Source: Phoronis australis
Lineage: Eukaryota > Animalia > Phoronida
DNA length: 64,000 nt
Assembly (NCBI GenBank): GCA_002633005.1
Contig: NMRA01000037.1
Location: forward strand, 1,043,972-1,107,971
Reading direction: 5' to 3'
This document shows, in pieces, positions 48,839 to 62,892 of this stretch. The notes under the pieces are model-generated. The model made no database searches. It was not told the DNA's origin and worked only from the letters and a program-made list of their open reading frames with translations. The stretch's first letter is position 1. Each line of letters begins with the position of its first letter. The position numbers were made by a program, and so were the translations under genes.

Positions 48839-51800
48839 AGTACACAAGGTGGCGCTGCTAGATTGGATATGGTTCACAGTCTATGACTGAGATTATGACC
48901 AGCATGATTCAATACCCATTGGGTGGCTTCTGTTTGGAATTTGACACTGTGCTTCCATGTAGAACAGTTGATATGCTGAGAAACACCCAAGGGTCAATAT
49001 ATTTAGTGTATGCAACCTTATAACCTGAACTAAAGCCTGACCTCTTTAACCCCAGACCACAAATCTCATTGCAGTACAAGGTTATAATGTGCAATGTCTG
49101 ATATACCATGTTCATTATATATGTTTTCATGTTTCAACTAAGTTTAAAAAGTACGGTGTTTTGGAATCCACATTAATTTTATGTATATTATTTTAGAACA
49201 CTTGTTAACAGCCTATCTTGAGATAGTTATTGCTGTGTGCCAGTGCGACCCTGGTGATAATCGGAACCAGTGGCTGGAAAAACTGACCTTAGAGAGAGCA
49301 ACACAATGAAATCTGATTGACCAACCAAAATGAGATATGATTGGTTTATGAAAATCATAATGGCAGCTGTGTTGAAGTTTCGAATTGCTGATGAAAACAA
49401 AATAGCTACAATTATTTGACTACTCTCTGTAGGGCGACAGTGTCGATGTGCTCTATTCAATGCAAGGAATGGATTGATTGGCCAAACTCGTGTATACGTT
49501 GAACTTCAATACACTCTCACACAGTGTCATACAGAGTGTGTCTAGCAGCACTGAACAATGTTGCCCTATAATTTGCATAATATTATGTAAGCTACCGTGG
49601 GTAGGACCAGCTTTGGATGTCTGTCATAAACAAATGGCCAGAAGTGAGCTGGAAATATGTGCTGAATCATGTTCTGATGTTTTACACAGCCTTTTGTTGT
49701 CTTGAGTGATTGTGGAACCGGCGCTTGTACAATGTGGGATAGTTGGATTTAATCTGTCATTGTTGATGCAACAGAAAGTTTGTTTGGTAAATATAGTTAG
49801 GGGAGGCGTTGCTGCACCTTCCATCCAATCAGAATGATGGAATGTAATTTTGTACTCTTAAAACCAGTGAATCAATTATACAATGTAACTTCTGTAGATG
49901 GCACTTAGTGTAAAAGTGTACGAATGACATTAGGTGTGACAGAATCTGATTTCTCTTCAATGCAGTGTGTCATTGATATTATTGGCCCATGTAGCCGTAT
50001 TTTCGTCTAGCCTCGTGTATGAGCTGCAACAAAAACCGATCAGATTGAAAAGAACTTTATTTTATGTGTCACTGCTGTGTCCTGGGTAAAATGTGCTGAC
50101 AAAAATGATAGACAATGCAAACATAGGACTTAGCTTATTTCATAGTATTGATCCTTGTGATTTAAATGGTCTGCTGCTCTATATTTCTTTACGAGAAACA
50201 GTGCTAAGATTTGAGCTTTTATTATCATAAAGTTGTATTGTAAATTGTACTTTGAGCCATGGCTTTCAACATTTATGAATCTGATTATGATATTGTAGAC
50301 ATAAATGTATCCTCATATTCTGAGAACGTTCTTATTGGGCTATTGAAATTTTTATGTCTACCAGTTACTATGGAGACATTATATTCTAAAACATTTAAAA
50401 TGTTTGAGGTCCTAAAGAATTTTTTCTTTTTCTGCTCGTATTTGTCTTCCTCTGGCTCACTAGACTCAGTTGCGTGTAGTTGTCGAGAGGTGGGTCACTG
50501 GAAAATTCAAATTGTGTGCAGAATATAGTGGTATTAGTGTAATACTTTTCTCATTTTCACCAGAAACTTGTGAATTGTAATGACAATCTGCACCCACTTC
50601 AGAATGAGACATGGCAATTTGTTGTAACGTTTCTTCAACACTATATGGCTGAACAGTGAAATTTTACTTCCATCAGAATTTTCAACAAGAGTAAACAATA
50701 GGACAATTTTATAACTTGATATGATACAGCTGTCATAAACACGAAACACGCAATGAAATTTTAGCAATGCTGTAGGTGTCTTAGTGAAAAGTAAAAATTT
50801 TTTAATTTTGTCGATTTTTTTGTTCGAATTTGAGGGAACTTTACCGTAAGCTATCAAATGTTGGTAAAACTACGCTCGTATGGTGGCGTAACGAATTTAG
50901 CAAACTGTCTAGAAACGCGATGAAATATTAAATTAAAATTTTCAACTCCTAACACTCGGAAAAAGTATTTACTTTTGATTATGAAGTAATAAATTTGTTC
51001 TAAATGAATTTTATATGATACATTAGCTGCAGATTCTCTGATACACTATTGAATGAACGATTAGTTGTATGTTTTTGACTACCTTGAGTTGCACTCTGCC
51101 ATTGTTGAATCAAACTAAGTACTGTCTTATACTTGAAATAAAGTTATCATAGAAATCAAGAATACAAGTGAGGTTGCCACAAACAAAGATCAAATCTGTT
51201 TGCATCCTCGAACTGCTTCGTCCATCACAGAAATACAAACAGTATAAAATAGAAAACGCTTCAATGAAAACTCGTACGTCCGCTACATACTATCCGTGAC
51301 CATCGAGGTACGTGAAGATAGCCTCCAATATTATGAGTAGTCTAACACAATAGAACTTAAGAAACGTAAATCACATGATCTGTCATTCACAAGAGGCTAT
51401 GGTATTTACTATAATGTTTACTATGATAACTGCTATAACAAGATATGACACCATGAGATTATACCGCGGTTTACCTCAGCAATTTCAAAATTTGCCTTGA
51501 CCATATATCCCGGGATGTCATGTTTAGCGCCTCCTTTGGTAATAGAGTAGGATTTTGAGCCCCTACGCCCAAGACCTACGGTAAAATTTAACCCGAATCC
51601 GGTTTGGGACAATTAAAATGAATTATTTTGCTCAGCTTGTACCGTAATAATGTTATCCCAAATTCAAGAATTACAATGAACGACAAACGATCATTCTGTG
51701 GGGACTCATCGAAAACGTTGCGTCAGTGGCAGTTTTCGACAATTTTATCAACTGCAAGTCTGTTTTCAGACTCTGTTGATACAGATGCATTGTCGATCAT

Positions 51801-51943
51801 AAATAATGAATGCCAAAATCGCCCACTTTCCAATGTACAGAAACAAGAAAATTCAATTTTGCTTTGAATTTCGGTGTCCCAAAGTTTAGAAAATATCACG
51901 TACATGAGAAAGTTTACCGTATTAGTGTTAAGAACTATCTGGG

Positions 51944-52082
51944 TCAGTGGCAGATTTAGGGGGGGGGGGGTAATAAGGTCCACAAACCCAAAAATTCGAG
52001 ACCCCCTACATCCCAACATGAGGCAAAATTCTAGTTCTTCCTGTGCCCTGCCCCCCAACTCAAAATCCTGGATCCGCCCCTG
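51944..52082. mobile_element. hAT-like MITE (CAG-terminated TIRs)
   Basis: cagtggcagatttagg ... cctggatccgcccctg inverted ends. A related end aggggcggattcagga occurs at about 13468. Confidence 0.6.
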
Positions 52083-55000
52083 TGAATTCTGGTGATCTTA
52101 GAACCATGAGTCTAGGGAACGTGTTCTTGTGACGTTAGAACGAAGACTCTGTGCAAAGTGCATACTAAGTCTGCAATATAGGGTGCTCATAGTAAGACCC
52201 ACATATCTGGAGTGTTTATTTTGATGATACATCCAACCAACAGAGGGCATATGAGTTTACATGCCACATGTTTTGGCCAAAGCGTGGCGTCAAGTTGTGG
52301 TTTAGCAGACATGTTGTTTCTCATTACCAGAGAAGAGGGCTTCTTACTTTTACAATACCAGTCGTTTATTCAATACAATGTCTCTGCAAACAGAATCCAA
52401 TATAAAACTGAAGATCATCTTCAGCTGAATTTGAGCTACAACTTAAAATAACCTTTCATCTGCGTGAGGACTATTTACATAGCCACTAGTTGAGGGTTAC
52501 AGTTCCAGCTCTACTAGAAAATATTGAATTCTTTACTGTCAAAGAAACTGTCTTGATTAGATCATCTACAGAGGTAAAAGAGCATTCGACTCGTTGCCCG
52601 GCGACACGAGGAGTGAGTAAGGACTCGGGAAGAATCGCTCGCTCGTGAATACTAGTCACGGAGCAGCGACCGTGTCATAAATTGACCTGCAGTGACAAGA
52701 AACTGACTTAAGTTCATTTTTGACTTAAGTCTAAGATTTGTCTCAACTTCCAAACTTTCACATCCGGTAAGAAAAGTAAAAAAAAATTAAGACAAAACTT
52801 AAGTGAAAAAGTCGAATTTAATTAATGTTTTTATTGAAACGGTTTTGAGGAAAACTTTAGTACCAGAAGTTTTATTTTAAAATGGACTGAAACTTAAGGT
52901 TTGTCTTAGATAAGTCAGTTTTCTTAAAACATGGCCTTGGTTTCTAGTGCTAACGAACTACATTTTATACATAATTTCAGGAATAAAAAATGAGAATTAA
53001 ATAGATGTTGCAATGCCGTGCAGTTACCGACGAATAAAAATATAAAATAGTAAAACTAGTAAAACTAAAATGACGCGCGTCGGTATTAACAGACTGTAGC
53101 ACACCCTTGAGAAAGAGCGCATCGCTCGATACGTGGAGATGTTTTAATATATTTTAGTACCGTAGTTTTAGTTTTACTATTTTATAGAATTAACGCACTG
53201 CGAAATCTTAGCCTTACGCGTTAACTTATACTGTGTTGCTCACGTAACTGCGTTGCACTTTTACTGCGCAATCCCCTTTTGTTTTCAAGAAACCTCGCCA
53301 ACCGTAAAACCCGTGGTGCCTTTCATCGATGTACTGCGGAATGTTCTAGGCTCAAGTCGCGCGGAATATCACCTACCAAGCCACTGTTGAAGATGTACGT
53401 TTCTCGCATTACTTTTTGTTCTCGAGTTTTCCTAGGAGCGATAAAAAAACGGTACCCGACTTCCTATGTTTTGCCGATATTTTTTAAATTACTATCTATA
53501 TGTACCTGTACTTGGGCCCCCTGTGTGCAGCACAAGATGTTTTTTACTCACATTTTGTGGTTGAATTTGTCCTTGTTTCTTGATCAACTTCTTACCCAGG
53601 ATTTCATAATTGAGAGACAGAGAGAGACAGAGATAGTTTCGACATTTTCATTGCTTAAAAAACTGCGCCTCATTTCACTAACCCGTCTGTAATATCGACT
53701 GATCCTCACCAGTCTCTGATATGACAGCAAGTTATACTGTCTAATGTTTCGAACTTTGCCATGTGAAAGTCTGAAACACCTAAAGGTGTTTTTGATTTGT
53801 GAAGAACAAAATTAATGTGTACTGCATGCTGAGCTGTTATTGATTTGTAGCGCATAAAAACACGTGCTGTGGCCAACTTGGAGAATTCTTTGTGCTGCGT
53901 TACGTTCAGCGTGGTACCCGTCACCACCCGTAGGGCATATTTGCAGTCATGTTTGGTAATCCCTGCGTTATGTATACTGCCACTTCGCCTTTGTGTGCAA
54001 GATGACCCGTCACTTGGTGACTGCTTGTATGAAGCAGAAAAGAACGTTTTGTGGGGCATATCTCAGTAACCCGTGTCGTCTTATGAGAAGCGAGAAGCGT
54101 CCTCATTTCCAGTTTCTGTACTAAGTTTTTGGTCAACGTGTTCCTTCTAACACTTCTTGCGATTCACTCAATAAGTCTATTATAAAGAATTCATTTCCAT
54201 TTTTTAAATGGGGCTCTTTTATTTTCCATGATGCAGGTTAGGGTTTATAATCGACGAGTATTTGCCAGATGGTGAACATTTTAATGTTTCAAAACAATAA
54301 ACTAATAAATCACCTAATGTACTTGTTTATTTCACTGTACTATGTCTTTATTTCAATCAATCTCTTTATTTATAGTCATTTTGACAAAACAGACAAACAC
54401 TAGCCGAAGGCTAATATAATATAATATGTCAGATAGTAAAGTCCAAGTGATAGTAGAATGCTATTGCGTAATAGTGGCTACATTTGCGTCTCTTGAGGCA
54501 ATACATTAATGTTACGTAAAACCTTATCGACATGTCTAGTTGAGTATTGAAACAAATAACCACAAAAATATCATAAGTTTATATTTTCTGAAAGAAGATA
54601 GCCAAGTAGAATTTTTTGATATTTGACGTTTTTCCAATCTCTCATAAACTGGGTCACGTGATCATGTGCTTTACTAAATGAAATTTAGCAAACATTGATA
54701 GCAATAACGTGAACAAATTCTACTTCGCACACAGGTAACTGTTAAGAATGTTTTCTCCCTTCCTGTATAAGTGTTAAGTGCAACTGAGTCTGCCTGTGTG
54801 GCATATTGAATACAGAAGCGTTTCGTGTTGTAAAGTCCCTCGCAGCGTAATATTAGGTCAGACCAATATCGCAACACCAGACTGGAATGAATCAACGAAC
54901 AAAACAATGAATGCGAACACTATAAGCCAAAACATCTGGAATCTCACTGAAGTATTTATCCTCGTTTACCTCGAATCCATCTTTTTAAAGAAACATTTCG

Positions 55001-55249
55001 TAATGTTGTCTGAGGCAGGCAATTCGTTTTTATGGGTACAATTTTGCTCGTGATTCGTACGAGACGTATTTATGGAAGGATTTCTGCTTAGCAACCTACC
55101 CACGTTCAGAACAAATACAGCGAAGGCAGAAGGCGAGATCGTCTGATTTTGCGAAGCTGTCCAAGGGCATCGCCCCCACCCTCTCGTTTGACGAGATTGA
55201 AATATTCGTGGGAAGGGATATACTTTTACGACTTATGTTTAGGAGTCAT

Positions 55250-58200
55250 CTAAATTATAGTTTCTCTTGTTTCTACGTTCAACACAACTCCAACACGTTT
55301 TTGACGATAACGATGTTGATCTGAACCGGCTTTTGAAGTGCAATCAGTTGATTGTACGTTAGAGCGTGTAGTTGGCAGGGAAGATGTCGAGAGTATTTGT
55401 CTAATATTTGCTGTGTATTCTTCTGCCTCTGTCCCCGGAAAACTCTTTTCTGGCGAGTTTTGACGGTTGGTTTCCTCCCGTTTTGAATCGGCCACGACCG
55501 CAATTGTTGATTGGAGCATCACTGCGTGTAAAGGACTGGGGAATTTAAACGTGAGGTTACTTCCCGAAAATGTGCGGGCTCTCATAAATGTATTTGGGAA
55601 CGATTCGCCGGCTAGCTCCACGTTTTGGCATGGAAGTTCTGATCCACTTTTGCTGCATTCGTCTGCAACACTTGGAATTGATGTTTCATCTCTATTACCT
55701 ATGCAGTTCGCGTTTACGTCTTGATTTTTATTTGTTTGGCAACTCTTCGGTGTAGATAATGCTTTAACGGGACGCTGAGGCGAAGCATTTTTCGCAAAAC
55801 ACATGTTGACTATTTCTATCGGTCGTAAATTTTGATAAGTATTTTTTTCTGTGTGCATGTCGTGGAAGTCACTCTTCTCACTGTCGTTTTGCTCGGCGGA
55901 CGTATGAGGAGTGATGTGGTCACAGCTCCTCGACTTTGATTTGAGGACATCCAACATGGCCGACTTGTTCTTACATAAACTTCCGGAGTCTTTTGGTGCC
56001 AATCGACGTGGTTTAATTGACGACATGGAGACTGATCGTTGGCGAAACGAGTCTTCTGTCACGTTATCAATAGCTGCGTTTCTAGTCGTTCTTTTCGTTC
56101 CTTCGGGCGAGCTGGCGCCTGGTTTGATAGCCTGTGCACGACTTTGGTGATTACTACGGCAAACCATCGTACTCTGATTACACAATATCGTGTCAGCACT
56201 CTGTGCTCGGTTTTCAGAAAAATGCTTACGTTTTTCCTTGAGTTTTGAAACGGGGTCGAATTTTTGTCTCGTTTCTAAAGGGTTTCCCAACTCAGTTTTA
56301 GTGGTACTGTATGTCGCAGCACGGCCGTCGACGTCTCTGTTCTCGTTTACGTGCAACGCGCTGTCTCGTACCCTAAGTGTGTTCGGGAGCATTCCGTTGC
56401 CGTCCGTGGCGCTCACTGTTGAATTGTGGTGACTCTTATCACTGAGCTCTTCTACAGTTTTTAAAGAGGGTTTCGAGTCTGAGACTGAAATACATCGCCT
56501 TCTAGAATGTGCAAGCGCTTGGCGCTGGTCGTGCTTGCTGTGATCTCGGAGATTTTCCGCTATTTGTTTTTCTTTTACCCCAGTTGGTATTTCCTTTTCT
56601 TGATGCAACGTTTTTTCAGGCCGTGGCGGTTTGTCGTCGCCACCGAACCCGTGTCCCGTGTTTTCACAATCTAGATCCACCTTTATCTGGAAAACAAAAG
56701 CATTTCACTGTAGCAATGGAAGATCACGTTTTGTTGGAAATTTGGTAGCATACGTCACGCACTATCCTCAGTTCGTTTCGTCTCTTTTGTTTCATCTGAC
56801 GGAACAAAACAATGCGATAGGGGTATTTAATTCACCGAGCAACTGTCCGATCGTACAAGCAGTAAATCATAGCCAACATCGATATGTTATCGACATAAAT
56901 CTTCGAACACAGTTACATTGATATCGACTCCTGTTATAACAGGGCAGCTGATCTCGGTGGGTTAAACCCGATCACTGAAAGGCTTTATCGCCTCTCAGCT
57001 GGAATGAAAGGAACTGCAGATTGGTCGAAACGTCAAATTTTCATATACGAAGTGTCTAACAACCGAGACTTATGTAAGGGACTCGGCTGAGTTCACTGAG
57101 TCAACTGCGTTTGTGGGCTTGTGAAAACGCCGACTGTCCCTTATTATACTGTTTTAGTTTTATTACTAAGTCAATTTTCGGCTTTGATGCAAACAGAGAG
57201 TGAAATCTACGTTGAATTCTCAATATTATTGAAGATACGTAGAGATCTTTTCATGCAACGCCCCTAACTTATGGACTACGTCCCTGTTTATTTTCATTGA
57301 ACTAAGGATTGTTAGCTAGAAAATGCCATTAGTCAAATAGGAGTTCATAAATATATAAAACAACAGAAAAAAATAACCTGTGAATAGAGAACGGCACAAA
57401 TGCACAAAAGACTTAGTTGAGTCCCTATTTGGGAGTATTTCATGTAACCAGGCACAGAGAGCAAATAACAAAGCGACTTGAAAGACGTCTTAAATTTACA
57501 ATAAATCTTTATCTCGGATCAGTACACCTGTCGCGTCTGTCCGGAGTTGTGTAGTTTGAGAAGACCACGTTTCAGGTAGATTCAAACAAAAAGATAATAC
57601 CGAATCTTCCTCCTTAATTACAAAAGTCGACATATTAATCAAACTGAAAAAAATTGCGAGTGAATCAACTGAATGGTGTAATTCACATGAAATGTAATGG
57701 AATTCGCTTGTTTGAAATAGTCTACAATCTTGTTAATATGGAATGATTTCCGATAAAAGATACTATAGATCTGCATGCAAGTCAATGCACACTGCTAAAC
57801 TCTGGAGAAATCAACCAATCTAAGATTCAGATAACCAACTTTCAGAAGGACTCCTTGAACATGCGCGTTTATATGCTGTGTTTATCATGCACAATCGCGT
57901 CACCGTCACGACGACTTCTCAATATAATTTAAAATTCTCTTCTAAATAAAAGAATCTCATTAAATGAAAATACCGAGAAACCGAGTTGATCTGATTCGAT
58001 TAGCACAGCATTCATGTACAACGCGTCCAAATTACTAGGTGAGTTCGTTTCGTTCTGGCTTTTCTTTTGCCTTCGGCCACAATGAAAGTTAAGTTTTCAT
58101 TGCGATCTTTACGAATGAGCAGATCTCAATAAGAACGTTTACGCAACGGAATATGCTTGGCCGACACCCATCAACAGTTTTGTGTAACGTCATTAGCATT

Positions 58201-61200
58201 TGTAATGAAACCTGTTATTCGAAATTAATGTTCAGATCAGTGGAGGGCACGGGACGCCGAGAGCAGTCCAACGCAACTTCTTGCTTGTGACGGGGTTAGC
58301 TATATGAATTTTGAAAAATATTTTGTGATCAAGAATTTGGCAATATATGGGCACAAAATACGTTTTTACTTTCAAATTGCACGGCCCATTTCACGACAAA
58401 ATTTTACGTAAATATTCCCTACAAAATGACAACGCATACATGTTATGCGAAGGTCGCGAAAAAATATACTTGGGTTTCAATTGGTTTATAGCATGCACGT
58501 TTCAACTTCGCGTGATTTGAATCTCGCGCACGCGTGATTAGTTCTTGAGCGATACACGTGGGAAACAATGTAGTTGTAAATATAAAACCCATGCAAACGC
58601 CATCTTTGATAACCATTGTCTCGACTCATGTTTGGAGATAGACCCCTTTGCTTTGATTCATTAATACGGCGAGTTAGCGTCTTTCATTACACGCGATACC
58701 ACCGTGGATCGAACGGACTACAACGGGAGGATGGACCTAATATAAGCACCGTGACCGCGTGGGCTACCTTAGTATATTTCATTTTGGAGTTTTGGATTTC
58801 AGCGCTTGATGCAAATATTAATGCTGCGTGCTAACTTTTTCCGCGCACAGACGCAAACGATTCAGTTCAGATGCAGTGAACATTGTGAACTCATCAGACA
58901 GTTTTGATAAGTTTTATGCTGTCGGAGCAAGAAGAATAAAACAGGTTTGCGCTAGACTTACAATTCAATTTGTGACCAACTGCGAGACGATATTCTTTTT
59001 CGGCAAGGACCCGGTACAATAAGAAACATGGTAGTTTAAATTCAAATTATTGAGGCTATTGGATCGATTATCAAAATATTTGCCTCCCAAATGGCAAATT
59101 GTGCAATTTCGTAAGATACAGGACACGTTCATAAATGAGAGAACATTGCCTTTGTTCACATATTGAAGGCAGTGATGATCAATAGATATCCTAGCTAACA
59201 GTGTTGCGCAAACGAAAAGGTGTGAGTGTAAACACACGCGCAGACTGTATTTGGCCAAACTTGACGATTGGTTCCGAAATGTTCGTTTCTGCTTACCAGC
59301 CACGGTAAATGTTATCATCGTTGCCAGTTATTAAAAGTACAACGTTGAACACGTGCCTTTCATTAAAACTTTTGATTTAGACTACTTATTATTACGAGAT
59401 AGGTCATGTCTTGTCTTGGATTAGATATTATTTCTAAACTTGCGAAGAAATGACACTTCGTTTATACTTCCGACTAGACTCGCTAAGACGCTTGTCACGG
59501 CGGGTTAGTTTCAGCCGGCTAAGCAATAAGACCGGCAGGGTAATCACAGGAGCTTAACTGAAACCAATTTCAATCCAAGCAAAGGATAAGAACACAATGG
59601 CGCTGATAGAGTGAGAGCAAATTTAAAATAGTTGTTTTTTGTCAGGTTGGGTCAATAGAGAAACGCAGACGAAACTCTGAGGGGGGAAAACTGTATACAG
59701 CTTATGTATGACGCAAAATTACTGAGTTCATTTATGTACGAAACCAGTAGGCCCCTATTGTAGATTGACAAATGTACTTACACACCAATGCTACTGGCGT
59801 GAGCCAATAGAATTTGGTTTCAGAAAAATGAAATTCATTCACACTGACAGCTCAAAAAACTTTTTGAAATCTATTTTCAGGCCACTCAGTGGTCACACTA
59901 AAAAGCGCTCTCTTGGAGTGCGAAGTTATTCGGAATTTTTGGAAGTCGGTGAACAGCTGGTTTCAGCCAAAACAGGGCTCGCTATTGGCTTGAGTTTGGC
60001 AGATGTTGTCTTAGGGAAAGTGGGGTCCAAAAGTGTGATTAATCTCCTTATTTACTTAGTAAAACCTCATACGTATAGAGCTAGGTTAAATTCCAGACCT
60101 CCCTGCTTGCAATGGTTCAAGAATGAAGTGTTTGAATATTATAACACAGAAAAGGTAATTTACTATAACAGCCTGAATTATGAACATTTTAGAAAAAGGT
60201 GGATCCCTGTAGAAGGTCATTTTGTGTAACAATCTAACAACTTAATACGTGTGCCTATATTCGATTACGGCGTGAATGGGGTGTACATGTTTTTTTTATT
60301 AAAATACGCTTGTGTATGTACACTCCCCTGCAGGGATAGTATTTATATTGTTTCTTCTGTAGGTTATGGTTGTGAATACAATAAACGTATTAAAAAGGCG
60401 CTCTTTTAATTCATTATTATATGTGGCATTAGGTTGCAACATAAAATGAATTGAAAGTTGGAATCTTCTCGTCGTTATGTTGCACATAACTGATCCTGAA
60501 TTTCCATAAATGTTTGACTGTGTCGTCTTAATTTTTGTTGACACAGTCTACACGGTGTTGTTCGCTAACTTCCGTAATGTAAATATTTATGTTATGTATA
60601 TGGAATAAAAACATTTCCAACGGAAATTGCTACGAAATTCACTACAAGGAATTGGCGCTCCCATACGTTGAGAGGACTATGCGCGACACAGAGATAAAGT
60701 GCCTAGCACACAAAAACTTTCAATTGACGATTAATAAGCTGTGTGTAGGTCCGCCATTAAACCCTTTATTAAAAACAAATATTTGGATTTCAGATAAGTT
60801 TCACAAGCTTGGTGTATACCATCATAGTAAACAGGACGCTACTGCCTTTTGCAAAACATGTTATATTTCGCTGGTCACGTGCTTCTATGGTGGAGGTGGA
60901 TGCGAGTTACTCGTCTACATTTGAGTTGTTGTAAAGGAGCGATATGAAGCTCTTTTTGAATCTGTCCATTGACCGTCATCTCTTGGCATTATCCTGGATC
61001 TACGCTGCACCCATTGGCCACAAGAGGATGCGTTATAAATTGAGAAGTGTAAATCTATGCGCAAATAATATTTCTTATCAAGAAACTTCATTTCAGGGTT
61101 AAAAATTAAAGTGACATTATCGGTCAGAGTTCGGAATCGAACCAGCAATCTAACGTACATCTGGTGGAGCTAAACGTTACTCAATAAATGACACAGAATT

Positions 61201-62892
61201 GTAAGGGTGTNTAGTATTTATATTGCTTCTTCTGTAGGTTATGGTTGTGAATACAATAAACGTATTAAAAAGGCGCTCTTTTAATTCATTATTATATGTG
61301 GCATTAGGTTGCAACATAAAATGAATTGAAAGTTGGATCTTCTCGTCGTTATGTTGCACATAACTGATCCTGAATTTCCATAAATGTTTGACTGTGTCGT
61401 CTTAATTTTTGTTGACACAGTCTACATGGTGTTGTTCGCTAACTTCCGTAATGTAAATATTTATGTTATGTATATGGAATAAAAACATTTCCAACGGAAA
61501 TTGCTACGAAATTCACTACAAGGAATTGGCGCTCCCATACGTTGAGTGGACTATGCGCGACACAGAGATAAAGTGCCTAGCACACAAAAACTTTCAATTG
61601 ACGATTAATAAGCTGTGTGTAGGTCCGCCATTAAACCCTTTATTAAAAACAAATATTTGGATTTCAGATAAGTTTCACAAGCTTGGTGTATACCATCATA
61701 GTAAACAGGACGCTACTGCCTTTTGCAAAACATGTTATATTTCGCTGGTCACGTGCTTCTATGGTGGAGGTGGATGCGAGTTACTCGTCTACATTTGAGT
61801 TGTTGTAAAGGAGCGATATGAAGCTCTTTTTGAATCTGTCCATTGACCGTCATCTCTTGGCATTATCCTGGATCTACGCTGCACCCATTGGCCACAAGAG
61901 GATGCGTTATAAATTGAGAAGTGTAAATCTATGCGCAAATAATATTTCTTATCAAGAAACTTCATTTCAGGGTTAAAAATTAAAGTGACATTATCGGTCA
62001 GAGTTCGGAATCGAACCAGCAATCTAACGTACATCTGGTGGAGCTAAACGTTACTCAATAAATGACACAGAATTGTAAGGGTGTTAACAATAGCGGTAAA
62101 ATACCGAGAGGACTTGATTACAACGAATGTCTGGCAGACGACAAGAATTGGCGATTTGTAAGAAAATCACGATAACACAACGCCGGGAGTTTATGGTTTT
62201 ATGGATTGGGCGAAAGTTAATTTCAAGGGAGCAATAATTCCAAATACGAATCGTTTGGCCGTAAAACCGATAATTTCCCTGAATTCTCGCCCTTTACACA
62301 TTTCTAGAAAACCTCACGAGAAGAAGAAGTAATAAAAGAAACTCACGGCAAGATGTGATGCTTGGTAATGTAAAATCTCTGCCGTTGTGTAGTGTTTATT
62401 GAGGCCGCAATGTTACGCTCTCACCTAAAACTGGGGCAATTACCCCCAGGGCAGTTTTCAATACTTGACCAGTGGTGGCACATAGGTAGTGTGTAGTGGT
62501 CAGAGGTTACACTGTAATAATCGTTTTCCGAACCAAGGATCTTCTTAATTAACACATATAGATACATGGGAATACTGAAAATTTTCGGTTTGTTGGATTC
62601 TATTTCTCAATTCAACGGTAAATGAACCACTCACCTTTCCGGTCGTCTCTTTCGAATACGATCCATGCGAGTACGACCGACGCCTATGACCCGCGCCAGG
62701 GTGCAAAAGCCTCTTGGCTTCTTCGAACAGTTTCAGTTGACTCTCCCGCAAAATTTTCAGCTCTTCCGTCCCAGCCATAACAGCTTCGATGCGTGCTTGA
62801 AGTCGACGTGCCCGCGGGGGACTCCTGCCGACCGCTCTCCGAGAACTTAGAGCGCCCATCGACTTACTTCGCGGGCGAAACTCATCATCCAT
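55250..62892 (-). CDS. Dapper/Dact-like disordered scaffold protein (2 exons modelled, about 564 aa)
   Basis: Exon 1 62892-62635 (gtcATGG start, GTGAGT donor) and exon 2 56686-55250 (ttttgttttccag acceptor) join in phase 0. RRLQARIEAVMAGTEELKILRESQLKLFEEA resembles the Dact N-terminal leucine-zipper start (recalled DACT1 [30 protein letters not shown]). The long exon is Ser/Thr/basic-rich and ends ETII. Existence of the gene is well supported; the Dact assignment is less certain. Confidence 0.65.
60338..62084. other. About 873-bp duplication across the single N at 61211 (probable haplotype-overlap artefact)
   Basis: 60338-61210 and 61212-62084 differ by only a few SNPs. This explains the twin 111-aa and 81-aa ORFs. 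Confidence 0.85.

Noticed and set aside
60589-62034. Duplicated 111-aa and 81-aa ORFs as a gene pair
   Set aside because: They lie in a duplicated intronic block at an N join and show no recognisable protein features.
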